Part shown: positions 50,988 through 61,421 of the stretch, piece by piece | Position numbering within the stretch: position 1 is the stretch's first letter | How the letters are laid out: every line of letters starts with the position of its first letter | Source: Geosiphon pyriformis uo1 | Taxonomy: Eukaryota > Fungi > Glomeromycota | NCBI GenBank assembly: GCA_016748015.1 | Contig: JAAOMT010000198.1 | Coordinates: 477,380 to 541,379 of the forward strand | Reading direction: 5' to 3' | DNA: 64,000 nt | Translations under genes and position numbers: made by a program | The notes under the pieces: model-generated | What the model saw: the letters and a program-made list of their open reading frames with translations, nothing else | What the model was told of the DNA's origin: nothing | The model's database searches: none

Positions 50988-51673
50988 TTATCACATGTAT
51001 TAGCCACTGATGTCATATGATTAGCCATACTATTTTTAGAAAGTGATCATTGACCTTATCAATGACCTGACTGTTGACCTGACCATTGATCTGATCAATG
51101 ACCTGATCAATGACCTGACTGTTGACCTGATCATTGACCACTTTTGATAGTTATATAAGTGATAAATCTCTTAGCTGTAGAAAAGCATGTAATAACAAGC
51201 ATCTGAATAATCAAGAATAAATAAAATAACAATTTTCATCTCAATCCTTCTCTTATCGCTAATTTCCCTTTCCCTACCTTCAAGTATCTGAACATTTTAA
51301 AGATAAAAGATTACTTGTTGGCCTCTTCCTGACATATATAATTGTAGCATTTGAAGATTATTTGAATAAACGTGACTGAAAAGCACAAGTTGATACTTGA
51401 TATTGAATTCTAAGAGTGCCAACGTGAGGCATAAAATTATACCAGTGGTGATCAATTGTTGACAGTACAGACTATCCCTCTACCTTCAGATTCCCCAGTT
51501 ACCTTTAAAAAGAATAGTGACTGAGATATTTTATGAGACTGATCTCGCACATTGAATCTATACTTATTCAATTTGCTCTTTAAAGTTGAATTCCCCTTTG
51601 ATTATTTCCATTACTCTACAATCCTGTTCTCCTTTGCTATCCATTAACTTGTTACTCCAACCTGTAACAATAG

Positions 51674-54600
51674 TATCCAAGAAAAGTGGAACCCTATGCT
51701 TCTGTGTTGACTACTGCCAATTAAATGCCATCACTATAAGAGACATATACCCACTCTCCAAAATTGATGCAATGCTAAATAAATTCAATGGTGCTGCTTT
51801 CTTTTCAACTATTGACTTAACTGCTGGATTCTGGCAAGTAGAGATAAATCCAGAACGCAGAAAAAAAACTGCTTTCATCACCAAGTATGGCACCTATGAA
51901 TTTACAGTTATGTATTTTGGTCTCATCAATGCTCCTCTTATCTTTCAACACATAATAGATAAAGTGTTTGAATTAGTAAAAAAAAACTTTGTTCTGGTTT
52001 ACTCAGATGACATAATGGTATATTCAAAAACCTGGGATGAATACCTTAAACATTTACAGAAGGTTTTTGACCTGCTCAGAAATACTGGCCTTAAGATCAA
52101 CCCAATCAAATCTTTCTTTAGACACCAATCCACCTAGTTCTTTAGTCATCTTATTACAAAAGATGGAATCTTCCCTGATTCAGCTAAAGTTGAAAAAGTT
52201 CAAAACATTAGACAACCAATGAATGTTTCTGAACTACACTTTTTTCTTGGTTTGGTCTCTTACTATCACAAATTTATTAAGGGTTTCTCCAAAATTGTCT
52301 TTCCTCTTAATTAACTACTCAAAAAAAATGTCAATTATTACTGGGGCACTTATCAACAAAAAGCTTTTGAAATTTTGAAGGAAAAACTTGTTACTGAACC
52401 AATTCTCAAGCAACCTGATCTGGACCAACTTTTTATCCTCTACACTGATGCATTTGGCTATAGACTTGGTGCTGTCCTTTCACAGAAAGATGAAAATAGC
52501 AGAGAACATGCCATAGCATATGCCAGTAGATCCTTCACACCAGCAGAAAAGAACTATTCAGTTACTGAACAAGAATGTTTAGCAGTAGTTTGGGCTACTA
52601 GTTACTGAGATTAATATCTTCTTGGTGCAAAATTTTTAGTGGTAACAGATCATCAAGTCTTGGTTTGGCTGCATAAGAAAAAGAAGTTGGAACACAAATG
52701 AATAACTCGCTGGATACTCCACTTGGATGAATTCAACTATGATATTCAATACCACAAAGGAGCAAATTATCAAAATGCTAACACTCTATTTAGACTTACC
52801 ATCCAGTGACAGTACAATCTCTCAAACCAAACCAACCTAATTATTAGTAACTTCTTTATAAACAAACATGATAATGGACTTGGACAACTACTCTGTCTTA
52901 ATAGAATTTTTGGGTAAAGGACAATACCCACCTGAATACACTCAACAGCAAAGAAAACATTTGTGCAAACAATCAAATTTTTATTTGATCCACTAGAATC
53001 AATTATACAAAAGAAACAGAAAAGATCCTGACCACCCCCAAAGAGTCATCAGATTTGAAGAAAGAGAAATTGTAATATACAACATGCACACTGACCCATT
53101 AGCTGGACACTTTGGAAAAACAAAGACAATTCAGAAAACTTTAGCTCACTATTATTGGCCTACTTTGGGAAAAGACATTGCTGAATACATCAAAACTTGT
53201 GACATTTGTCAAAGAAGAAGCAAATCTAATCACAAAGAAGATATCCATCCAATCTCTATTGGTCAACCATTTGACAAAATTGGTATAGATGTTGTTGGAT
53301 CTTTAACAATCACTCCTGATGGCAACAGATATATTATCACAGCTATTGACTATCTTACAAAGTGGGTAGAAGCAAAAGCCATCCCAGACCAAACAGCAGT
53401 CTCAATAGCCAATTTCATTTATGAAGATATTATCTGCCACCATGGCTGCCCCAAAGAACTTTTATCTGATAGAGGAAGAGCTTTTCTCAGTATACTGGTT
53501 GAAGAACTTTGTAGAAAAATGGGAATACATTATAAACTTTCTTCCCCTTATCACTCCCAAACAAATGGCCTAGTGAAACATTTTAATAGAACATTATGTA
53601 AAACTCTAGCCAAAACCAGTGAAGAAACAAACTTATGAAACAAAGTACTGCCTTCAGCTTTGTTTGTTTATAGAACTGTGAATTATGACATAACAAGTTA
53701 TGACCATTTTTTATCTGCTCTATGGATGCATGGCAACACTACCAATAGAAACTGACATTGAAACAATACTCTTTGAAGAGATCACAATAGGAAATTACAA
53801 AGACATTTTGCAAAGAAGACTTGGTACCATTCTTGACTCTTTGGTAGAAGCATGAATAATTGCTTTTGAAAAGATAAAACAGTTCCAAGAAAAGCTTAAG
53901 AAAAAGAAAACCTATAAAACACTTTCTTTAAGTGTTGGTAACTTGGTATTGAAATACCATTCAGATAGAGACAATGGTTCTTATATTCTTCAAGATTAAT
54001 CTGGAACAATCTTTAATGATCATCCTGTTTATGATACACAACTCAAGAAATATTATAAACGACCTGATTGGCTGCCTGTTGTGGTAATACTAACTCAAAT
54101 GATCAGCAAAAATCAAGTATAAATAAATACACCATTCCCAAAACAGAGATATCTTTAATCGACATGAACAATTATTTTCTGGATCAAAACATTCAAAACG
54201 TCTTCTATACTCTTCATGAGTATTGGATCAAAAACTATCCAAATGCTATTCTGACCATTGGAAAACAAACTACCATAACTGATAACAGTAGAACACATAC
54301 TGTTATTAGATCAAAGAAAACCACTACCAAAATAAAAAGAATTGGTAGTAAAATGGATAAATATTTGTTGGAAAGTATAACAGCAGTTATACTCCTACCT
54401 TCCAGCACAATTAGAAAAACACTCCAAGAAATCTTACTCATAGACAAAAACTTGTCAAAGATACAGGCAGAAATTTTTGGGCATTATATGGTTAAATGTC
54501 TTAAGAGTTTTAACTATTGCTAAAAGAGCCAAAACTCTAATACAAAGATTTGGTCTCTTGGATACAAAACTCATTTTGTCTCAAGTGTTATATACCTTAT

Positions 54601-54723
54601 CCACAAAAAACTTCAACAAACTAATTAGCTTTGAGTTAGATAAAACCCTTCAAATAGATTACCTCATGAATAGCTATATTTTGCCAGAGCTCAATCTCTT
54701 TAAAGAGAATGATGTTATGGTTG
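51674..54723 (+). pseudogene. A4 RT-RNaseH-IN and ORF3 (3' portion of host element)
   Basis: Resumes VSKKSGTLCFCVDY after the A5 TSD; integrase 53084-53638; ORF3 from 54164; PPT and LTR start at 54713. Confidence 0.9.
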
Positions 54724-57156
54724 TTTTTTTTTTTGTTAATGTGTAGTCATACCTGTCGTTTATTAGTTATTCCACAGTAATGTGGCAGTTTCATAAAACC
54801 AGCTCACCCAATAATACATATTACAAGATGCGGCTAACCACAAGCAAAAAGCTCTAACTACATGCTAGTACTACCTTTGCTACCTAATGTATTAAACATA
54901 TCTAATTCATACATCTTACTCATAATGCATACAAGTTCATGACTACTCTTAACAAGACTGCTCATCCACTTAGCAGTCTGATCTGGATCGGACTTGATAT
55001 TAGAGGATTGAACCTCCCATAACTCCATCATCACATCAAATGTATCATCATAGACCAAAAAATCTTTAGCATTACCATCATCATCATCATCATCATCATC
55101 ATCCATGTCTTCATCATCAGATATGTTATAGTGTACCTTCTCACTCCTCAACTTGAGGGCCTCCATTTCCTTTTGCAGTACAGAAGCCACAGCACAAACA
55201 GCTTTAATTTGGTTTCCCAATCCAATCACACTTTCCCTCATTGCCTCTGCCATAACTGGTGGAGTAGACAATAACATAGTAACCAATGCAACCAAAGAAC
55301 CCACAGGCTCAACAATAAATTTGATCAACAAAGACAGTTCACTAAGTTGGGTTTCCAGAGAAGCCAATCTAGCATTAACAGCAACATCTGAACCAAAGGA
55401 GACAACTGGCAACAGCAGCACCACAACTTTGGGGAAGGTACTGAAAGCCAGACCCATATCAGCAGCAGCAGCAACAGGAGGAACCACAGAAGTGGCAGCT
55501 TTGGCATAGGATTTAGCTCCAACAAGGGATGACTTGAAAATGATGGGACCACCAGCAGAATTAGAAGAGAGTTTGGGAGGGAGAGGTGGCAACACCTTGC
55601 AGTCCACAGCCAAATGATCTAAACTTTGACATCTATAACAGTGACAACATCCAGGAGTTTCCCACCAGATGCGGCAGCCACGTAAGGTACCAGTTTTTGA
55701 AACAGCAGCATTCAAGGATTCCAAAGAGCCAAAGGTCACCACTGCAAAGTGTTGATGTCAATAGGAATCAGAGGAGCAGGGAATAAAACACGTACAGCCA
55801 CCAACTTGGGAGACCAGATCACTTATCTCAAATGCAGTGCAGTCAAATGGAAGATTAACCAGCTTAGCTTTGAAAGCATCTCTTGAGGAGATAACCTCCT
55901 TTTGGTTGGCAATAGGAAGAATCCTAATACTATCTTTTCTGACCAACACAGACCAGTTAGAGAGAGCAGCAGCCGCAGAAGAAATGTCCTTAAAGTTAAC
56001 CACAGCATATTGCCATAAGCCAGCAGGCTTCAACTTAACAGAAGTGACAACACCAAAAATGCCAAGAGCAGATTTGATGTCATCAGAAGAGGCACCCAAG
56101 GGTACATCACACAGTGCAACTAACAAAGAAGGGGAAAAAACAGAGGCCACTCCTGAAGACTGTGCAATCTTAAGAGTGGTCAAAAAAACCTCATCACCAA
56201 TGGCCACTTTGGTAGCACCATTTAGACACTCCTGAGATGCAAATTCCACACAGAACAACTTGACAGCATCTCATGAAACAGATTTAAGCCCAATACAACC
56301 AGGCAGCAACTGAAACAAAGAACTGAGCAAAGCCATCTTGATCTTAAATGTAGCACTAGGTATAAGATTGGAGGCCATCCAACCAGAGAACCTTTGACAT
56401 CCATTCATATTTACCCAAGCACCAGCATCAGATGCACCAGAAACTGGGGGGGAACAGTTAATTCCATTTCCATCTGATCAGCCCAATCTTTGAGATCATC
56501 TGGATTGATGGACTGTTTTGCTACTGGGATTGGCAATGATCTGCTGGAGAGTACCACATCAGGCAACACAGCCAGTGGTTGATCTTGGCCCATCTTGGGA
56601 GATGTGCTGCTGCTGTTGCCATCCATATCAGAAAGAGGGCTTGCTGCTGCTGTGAAGATCTTACCGAAGATCTCATCTGGAACCACAAAGGGGTTCAGTG
56701 TAACCATAGCAGTTGTGACTGCCTGCTGCTGTTTTTTGGGATTTTTCGCTTTTGCGGCCATTTGTGAAGTAGTAGTAGTAGAAGTAGTAGTGAGAATGGT
56801 GAAAGCAGGAAAAACCAACTTGTTGACTGGTCTGTTATTAAAAATTTTTGGGCTCTTTGAAGTGGTAGAGACAACACTAGGACTAACCTGAATGTGTCTT
56901 TTTGAAGGGACTTTGACTGGAGAAGAACTTCCAGCCAAAGAAGAAGAAAATGAACCAAAAGCCACTAAAGGCAGCTTATTACTATTATTTTTTAAAGGAA
57001 ATGTTGCCAGAACGTTTTGTCTAGCTGCTTCAATAACAGAGAGACCCTTTCACATTGAAACTTTATTAGTTACTATAGGAAAAGTAACGTTTGCAACTTT
57101 TTTACTCTTAGCTCTATCCGTGGTCATGAAAATTAGGAAAGAAAGAGTTTTTTTTT
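54724..57156 (-). mobile_element. Family D copy 1: ORF1-only non-LTR retroelement with poly(A) tail and 14-bp TSD
   Basis: T11 at 54724-54734; TGATGTTATGGTTG duplicated at 54710-54723 and 57157-57170; a single ORF1-like coding region and no RT. Confidence 0.9.
54858..57127 (-). pseudogene. Family D ORF1-like protein (~750 aa: S/T-rich N-terminus, RRMs, CCHC knuckle, coiled coil, poly-Asp), a few stops/frameshifts
   Basis: Fragments 56411-56965, 55758-56258 and 54858-55742. VALCDVPLG...FKAKLVNLPFDCTA aligns by eye to the LINE C ORF1; CYRCQSLDHLAVDC knuckle. Confidence 0.85.
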
Positions 57157-57159
57157 TGA

Positions 57160-57790
57160 TGTTATGGTTGAAACTTATACTTCTTATTAATTATCACATG
57201 TATTAGCCACTGATGTCACATAAATTAGCCATTCTATTTTTAGTAAGTGATCAATGACCACTTTTGATAGCTATATAAATAATGAATCTTTTAGCTGTAG
57301 AAAAACATGAAGAAATCAAGAAAATAAAATAAATAAAATAACAACTTTCATCTCCATCATTCTCTTATTGCTAATTTCTCTTTTCCTATCTTCAAGTATC
57401 TGAACATCTTGGGATAAAAAATCACTTGTTGGTTATTCCTTACTTTTTTCCTGAAACATGTAATCGCAGCATTTAAAGATTATTGAATAAAATGTGACTA
57501 AAGAGTACATCTGATACCTAATATTGAATTCTAAGAGCACTAACATGAGGCATAGAATTATACCAGGCATGATCATTTGTTGACAGTATGAACTATCCCT
57601 CTACCTTCAGATTCTCCAGTTATCCTTTGAAAAGTATAATGACTGAGATATTTTATGAGACTGATCTTGCACATTGAATCCATACTTATTCAATTCACTC
57701 CTTAAAGTTGAATTCCCTTTGATTATTTCTATCATCCTACAATTATGTTTTCCTTTGCTATCCGTTAGCTTGTTACTCCAACCCATAACA
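57160..57790 (+). repeat. 3' LTR of A4 (first 11 nt also at 54713-54723 because of the D1 TSD)
   Basis: TGTTATGGTTG...CCCATAACA followed by ATAT and no PBS. Confidence 0.9.
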
Positions 57791-57794
57791 ATAT

Positions 57795-60787
57795 AATGTC
57801 TAAAATTTCTACCTGTATCTCTGAAGTTGTTTTTTTTAGGAGTTTTATATTCTCCATGATTTCACCAAAGCAACCATAGAGTTCTAATTGCCTTCCATAT
57901 AACAAGTTTTTGTCTATGGGCAAAATTTCTTGAAAGATGAAAATATAGCTGCTGTTATACTTTCCAACCAATTTTTTCTCTTCTGATAGTAGTTTTCTTG
58001 GGTCTAATAACAGTATTTATTTTACTGTTATCAGTTATGATGGTCTGTTTTTCAATGGTCAGAGTAGCTTTTAGATAGTTTTTGATCCAATATTTATGGA
58101 GAGTATAGAAAGCATTTTGAATGTTTTGATCCAGGAAATAATTGTTCATATTGATTTTTTTTTGTTAATGTATAGCCATGCTGGTCATTTATTAGTTATG
58201 TCCACAGTAATATGGCACTTTCATAAAGCCAGCTCACCTAATAATACAAATCACAAGATACAGCTAACCACAAGCAGAAAACTCTAACTACATGCTTGTA
58301 CTACTTTTGCTACTTAATGTATCAAACATATCTAATTCATATATCTTACTCATAATGCTAACAAGCTCATGACTATTCTTAACCATATCACTCATCCACT
58401 TAGCAGTCTGATCTGATACTGAAAGACTAATCTTCCCAAAAATACATTATAACATCAAAAATGTTATCATAGACTGAAAAATCTTTGTCATCATCATCAG
58501 ATGCATCCTTCAAGCAGATCTGCTCACATTTTTTCTCAAGGTGTGTTATTTTTTTCTGCATTATGGAAGCAACAGCAGCCAAGCTTTTATTTTGCTTAGC
58601 CAATCCAGCCACACTTTCATTAACTAATACATCCATGGCAGGTGGAGTAGACAGCAATTTGGTAACTAATACAACCAAAGCACCAACAAATTCAACCAAG
58701 GATTTTATCAACACAGACAGTTTACCAAGGTGAGATTCCAGAGAAGTCAACCTAGATTTAACAGCAAAATTGGGAGCAGAAGAAACAACAGGCAACATGA
58801 GTGTTGTAGTTTTGGGGGGACTACCAAGATCCAAGTTTATATTAGCAGCAGCAGCAACAGGAGAAACCACTAAGACAGCAGCTTTGGCATAAAATTAATA
58901 TCCATCAAATGAAGGTTTGAAAACTTTGGAGCCACCAGAAGTGTTGAAAGAGAGTTTGGATGGAAGAGATGACTTCTTGCAGTCCACAGCCAAATGATTC
59001 AAGTCTTGATACCTGTAGTAGTGACAACATTCAGGAGTTTCCCACCAGATGCAGCAACCATGCAGGGTACCAGTTTTTGACACAGCAACATTCAGAGATT
59101 CCAAAAAATCAAAGGTAATTACAGCAAAGCATTAACATTGGTAAAATTCAGAGAAGCAAAGAATAAAACATGTATGGCCACCAACTTGAGAGACCAAATT
59201 ACTTATCTCAAAGGCAGTACAGCCAAAGAAAAGAAATAACATCATTTTGGTTGGTAACAGAGAGAATTCTAATACTATCTTTCTTAACCAGCACAAACCA
59301 ATAAGTAAGAGTGGCAGCAGCAGAAGAAATGAACCACAGCATATTGCCATAAACCAGCCAGCTTCAACTTGACTGAAATAATGACACCAAACATGCCAAG
59401 AGCAGATTTGATGTCATCAGAAGAGGTACCCAAAGGTATATTATGAAGTGCAACTGACAAAGAAGGGGAAGAAACAGAGGCCACACCAGAAGACCTTGCA
59501 ATCTTAAGAGTGGTCAAAAAAACTTCATCACCAATGGCCACTTTGGTGGCACCATTTAGACTTTCCTGAGATGCAAATTCCACACATAACAACTTAACAG
59601 CATCTCTTAAAACAGACTTAAGCCCAATGCAACCAGGCAGCAACTGAAACAAGAAACTAAGCAGGGCCATTTTGATCTTAAATGTAGCACCAAGTACAAG
59701 ATTGGAGGCCACCCAATCAGAGAACCTTTGATAACCATTCATATTTTCTCAAGCACCACTATCAACAACACCAGAAACTGGAGGAAGAGCAGTTGATTCC
59801 ATTTCCATTTGATCAGCCCAATCTTTGAGATCATCTGAAATAATGAGCTGTTTTGCTACTGGGATTGGCAATGATCTGCTAGAGAGTACCACATCAGGCA
59901 ACACAGCCAGTAGTTGATCTTGGCCCATCTTGGAAGCTGTGCTACTGTTGTTGCCATCCACATCAGAAAGGGAGCTGGCTGCTGCTGTAAAGATCTTACC
60001 CAAGATCTTATCTGAAACCACAAAGGGGTTTGGTGTCACCAAAGCAGTTGTGAGTGCCAGCTGCTGTTTTTTGGAATTTTTAGCTTTTATGGCCATTTGT
60101 GAAGTAGTAGTAATAGTAGTAGTAGTAGTAATGGGAATGGTGAAAGCAGAGAAGACCAACTTGTTGACTGGTCTGTTATTAAAAATCTTTGGGCTTTTAG
60201 AAGTAATAGAAACAACACTGAAACTAATCTGAGTGTGTCTTTTGAAAAGAACTTTGACTGGAGAAGAACTACTAGCCAAAAGTGAAAAAAATGAACCAGA
60301 AGCCACTAAAGACAGCTTTTCACTAATGTTTTTTAAAAGAAATGTAACCAAAACGTTTTGTCTAGCTGTTTCAATAACAGAAAAACCCTCTTGTGTTAAA
60401 ACTTTATTAGTTATTATAGGAAAATTAACATTTGCAACTTTTTTACTCTTAGCTTTAGTTGTGGTCATAAAATTAAGGAGAAAAAAAGTTTTTTATTCCT
60501 TTTATGTTGATTGAAAATACCTCTGTTTTGGGAATAGTGCATTTATTTATACTTGATTTTTGTTGATTATTTTGTTTGGTATTATTAAAACAGGCAACCA
60601 ATCAGATCATTTGTGATATTTCTTGAGTTGTATGCCATGAACAAAGTGATCATTAAAGATTGTTCTATAGTAATTTTGTAAGATATAAAAACTATTGTTT
60701 AAAACTTTGTTGACTATAAAGAGTTCTTTCCACCAGCTAAAGAATTTATTGCCATAGACATTTTCTTTGTCTGAGCAATATTCCAAT
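57795..60787 (-). mobile_element. Remainder of A0 (ORF3 and integrase C-terminus: 57795-58156 and 60513-60787), split by D copy 2
   Basis: MNNYFLDQNIQ ORF at 57955-58149; sequence resumes GAAAATACCTCTG at 60513. Confidence 0.82.
58157..60500 (-). mobile_element. Family D copy 2: ORF1-only non-LTR element
   Basis: Poly-T at ~58155-58163; degenerate 12-bp TSD TTCATATTGATT (58145-58156) / TTTATGTTGATT (60501-60512); colinear with D1 from ATG 60468. Confidence 0.87.
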
Positions 60788-61421
60788 TACACACTAGTAC
60801 TACTTATGCTACTTAATGTATTAAACATATCTAATTCATATATCTTATCCATAATGTTAACAAGCTCATGACTATTTTTAACAAGACTGCTTATCTACTT
60901 AGCAGTCTGATCAGAATTAGATTTGACACTGGAAGACTGATCTTCCCATAAATACATTATAACATCAAAAATGTTATCATAAACTGAGAAATCTTTTTCA
61001 TTATTATCATTATTTTTTAATTGTTTATTAGCTTGTCCAATGATACAGTTGGCACTTTTATTTTTTTTATTGTTAACATGTAGCCATGCCAGTCATTTAT
61101 AAGTTATGTCCACAGTATTATGGTGCTTTCATAAAACCAGCTTACCTAATAATACAAAAATCACAAGATGCGGCTAATTACAAATGGAAAGTCCTAACTA
61201 TATGCTAATACTACCTTTGTTACCTAATGTATTAAATATATCTAATTTGTACATTTTACTCATAATGCTAACAAGCTTATAACTATTCTTAACCATATCA
61301 CACATCTACTTAGCAGTCTGATAAGAACTGGATTTAATATTGGAGAGCTAATCTTCTCATAAATTCATCATAAGATTAAAGATGTTATCTTAAACAGAAA
61401 AATTTTTAACATCATCATCAT
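60788..61421 (-). mobile_element. Two further family D 3' fragments (~60788-61012; ~61056-61421 with poly-T), the second interrupted by A6
   Basis: Match to 54724-55090 (3' UTR and end of ORF). Confidence 0.78.

Larger units (their letters stand above)
44106..51669 (+). mobile_element. Family A copy A5, inserted in A4 RT, TSD ATAG
   Basis: LTRs 44106-44830 and 50957-51669; PBS 44837-44853; ATAG at 44102-44105 and 51670-51673; two small N gaps in gag. Confidence 0.95.
25081..57790 (+). mobile_element. Family A copy A4, host of four nested insertions (own pieces: 25081-26962, 34471-35930, 43594-44105, 51674-54723, 57171-57790)
   Basis: gag/pol resume exactly after each insert. The two LTRs share subfamily-diagnostic sequence (GTTATTCCTTACTTTTTTCCTGAAA). 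ATAT flanks both ends (25077-25080, 57791-57794). Confidence 0.88.

Noticed and set aside
51586-52137. Apparent LTR-RT fusion ORF (also 43506-43724)
   Set aside because: A chance read-through across the nested insertion junction from LTR U5 into the interrupted host pol.
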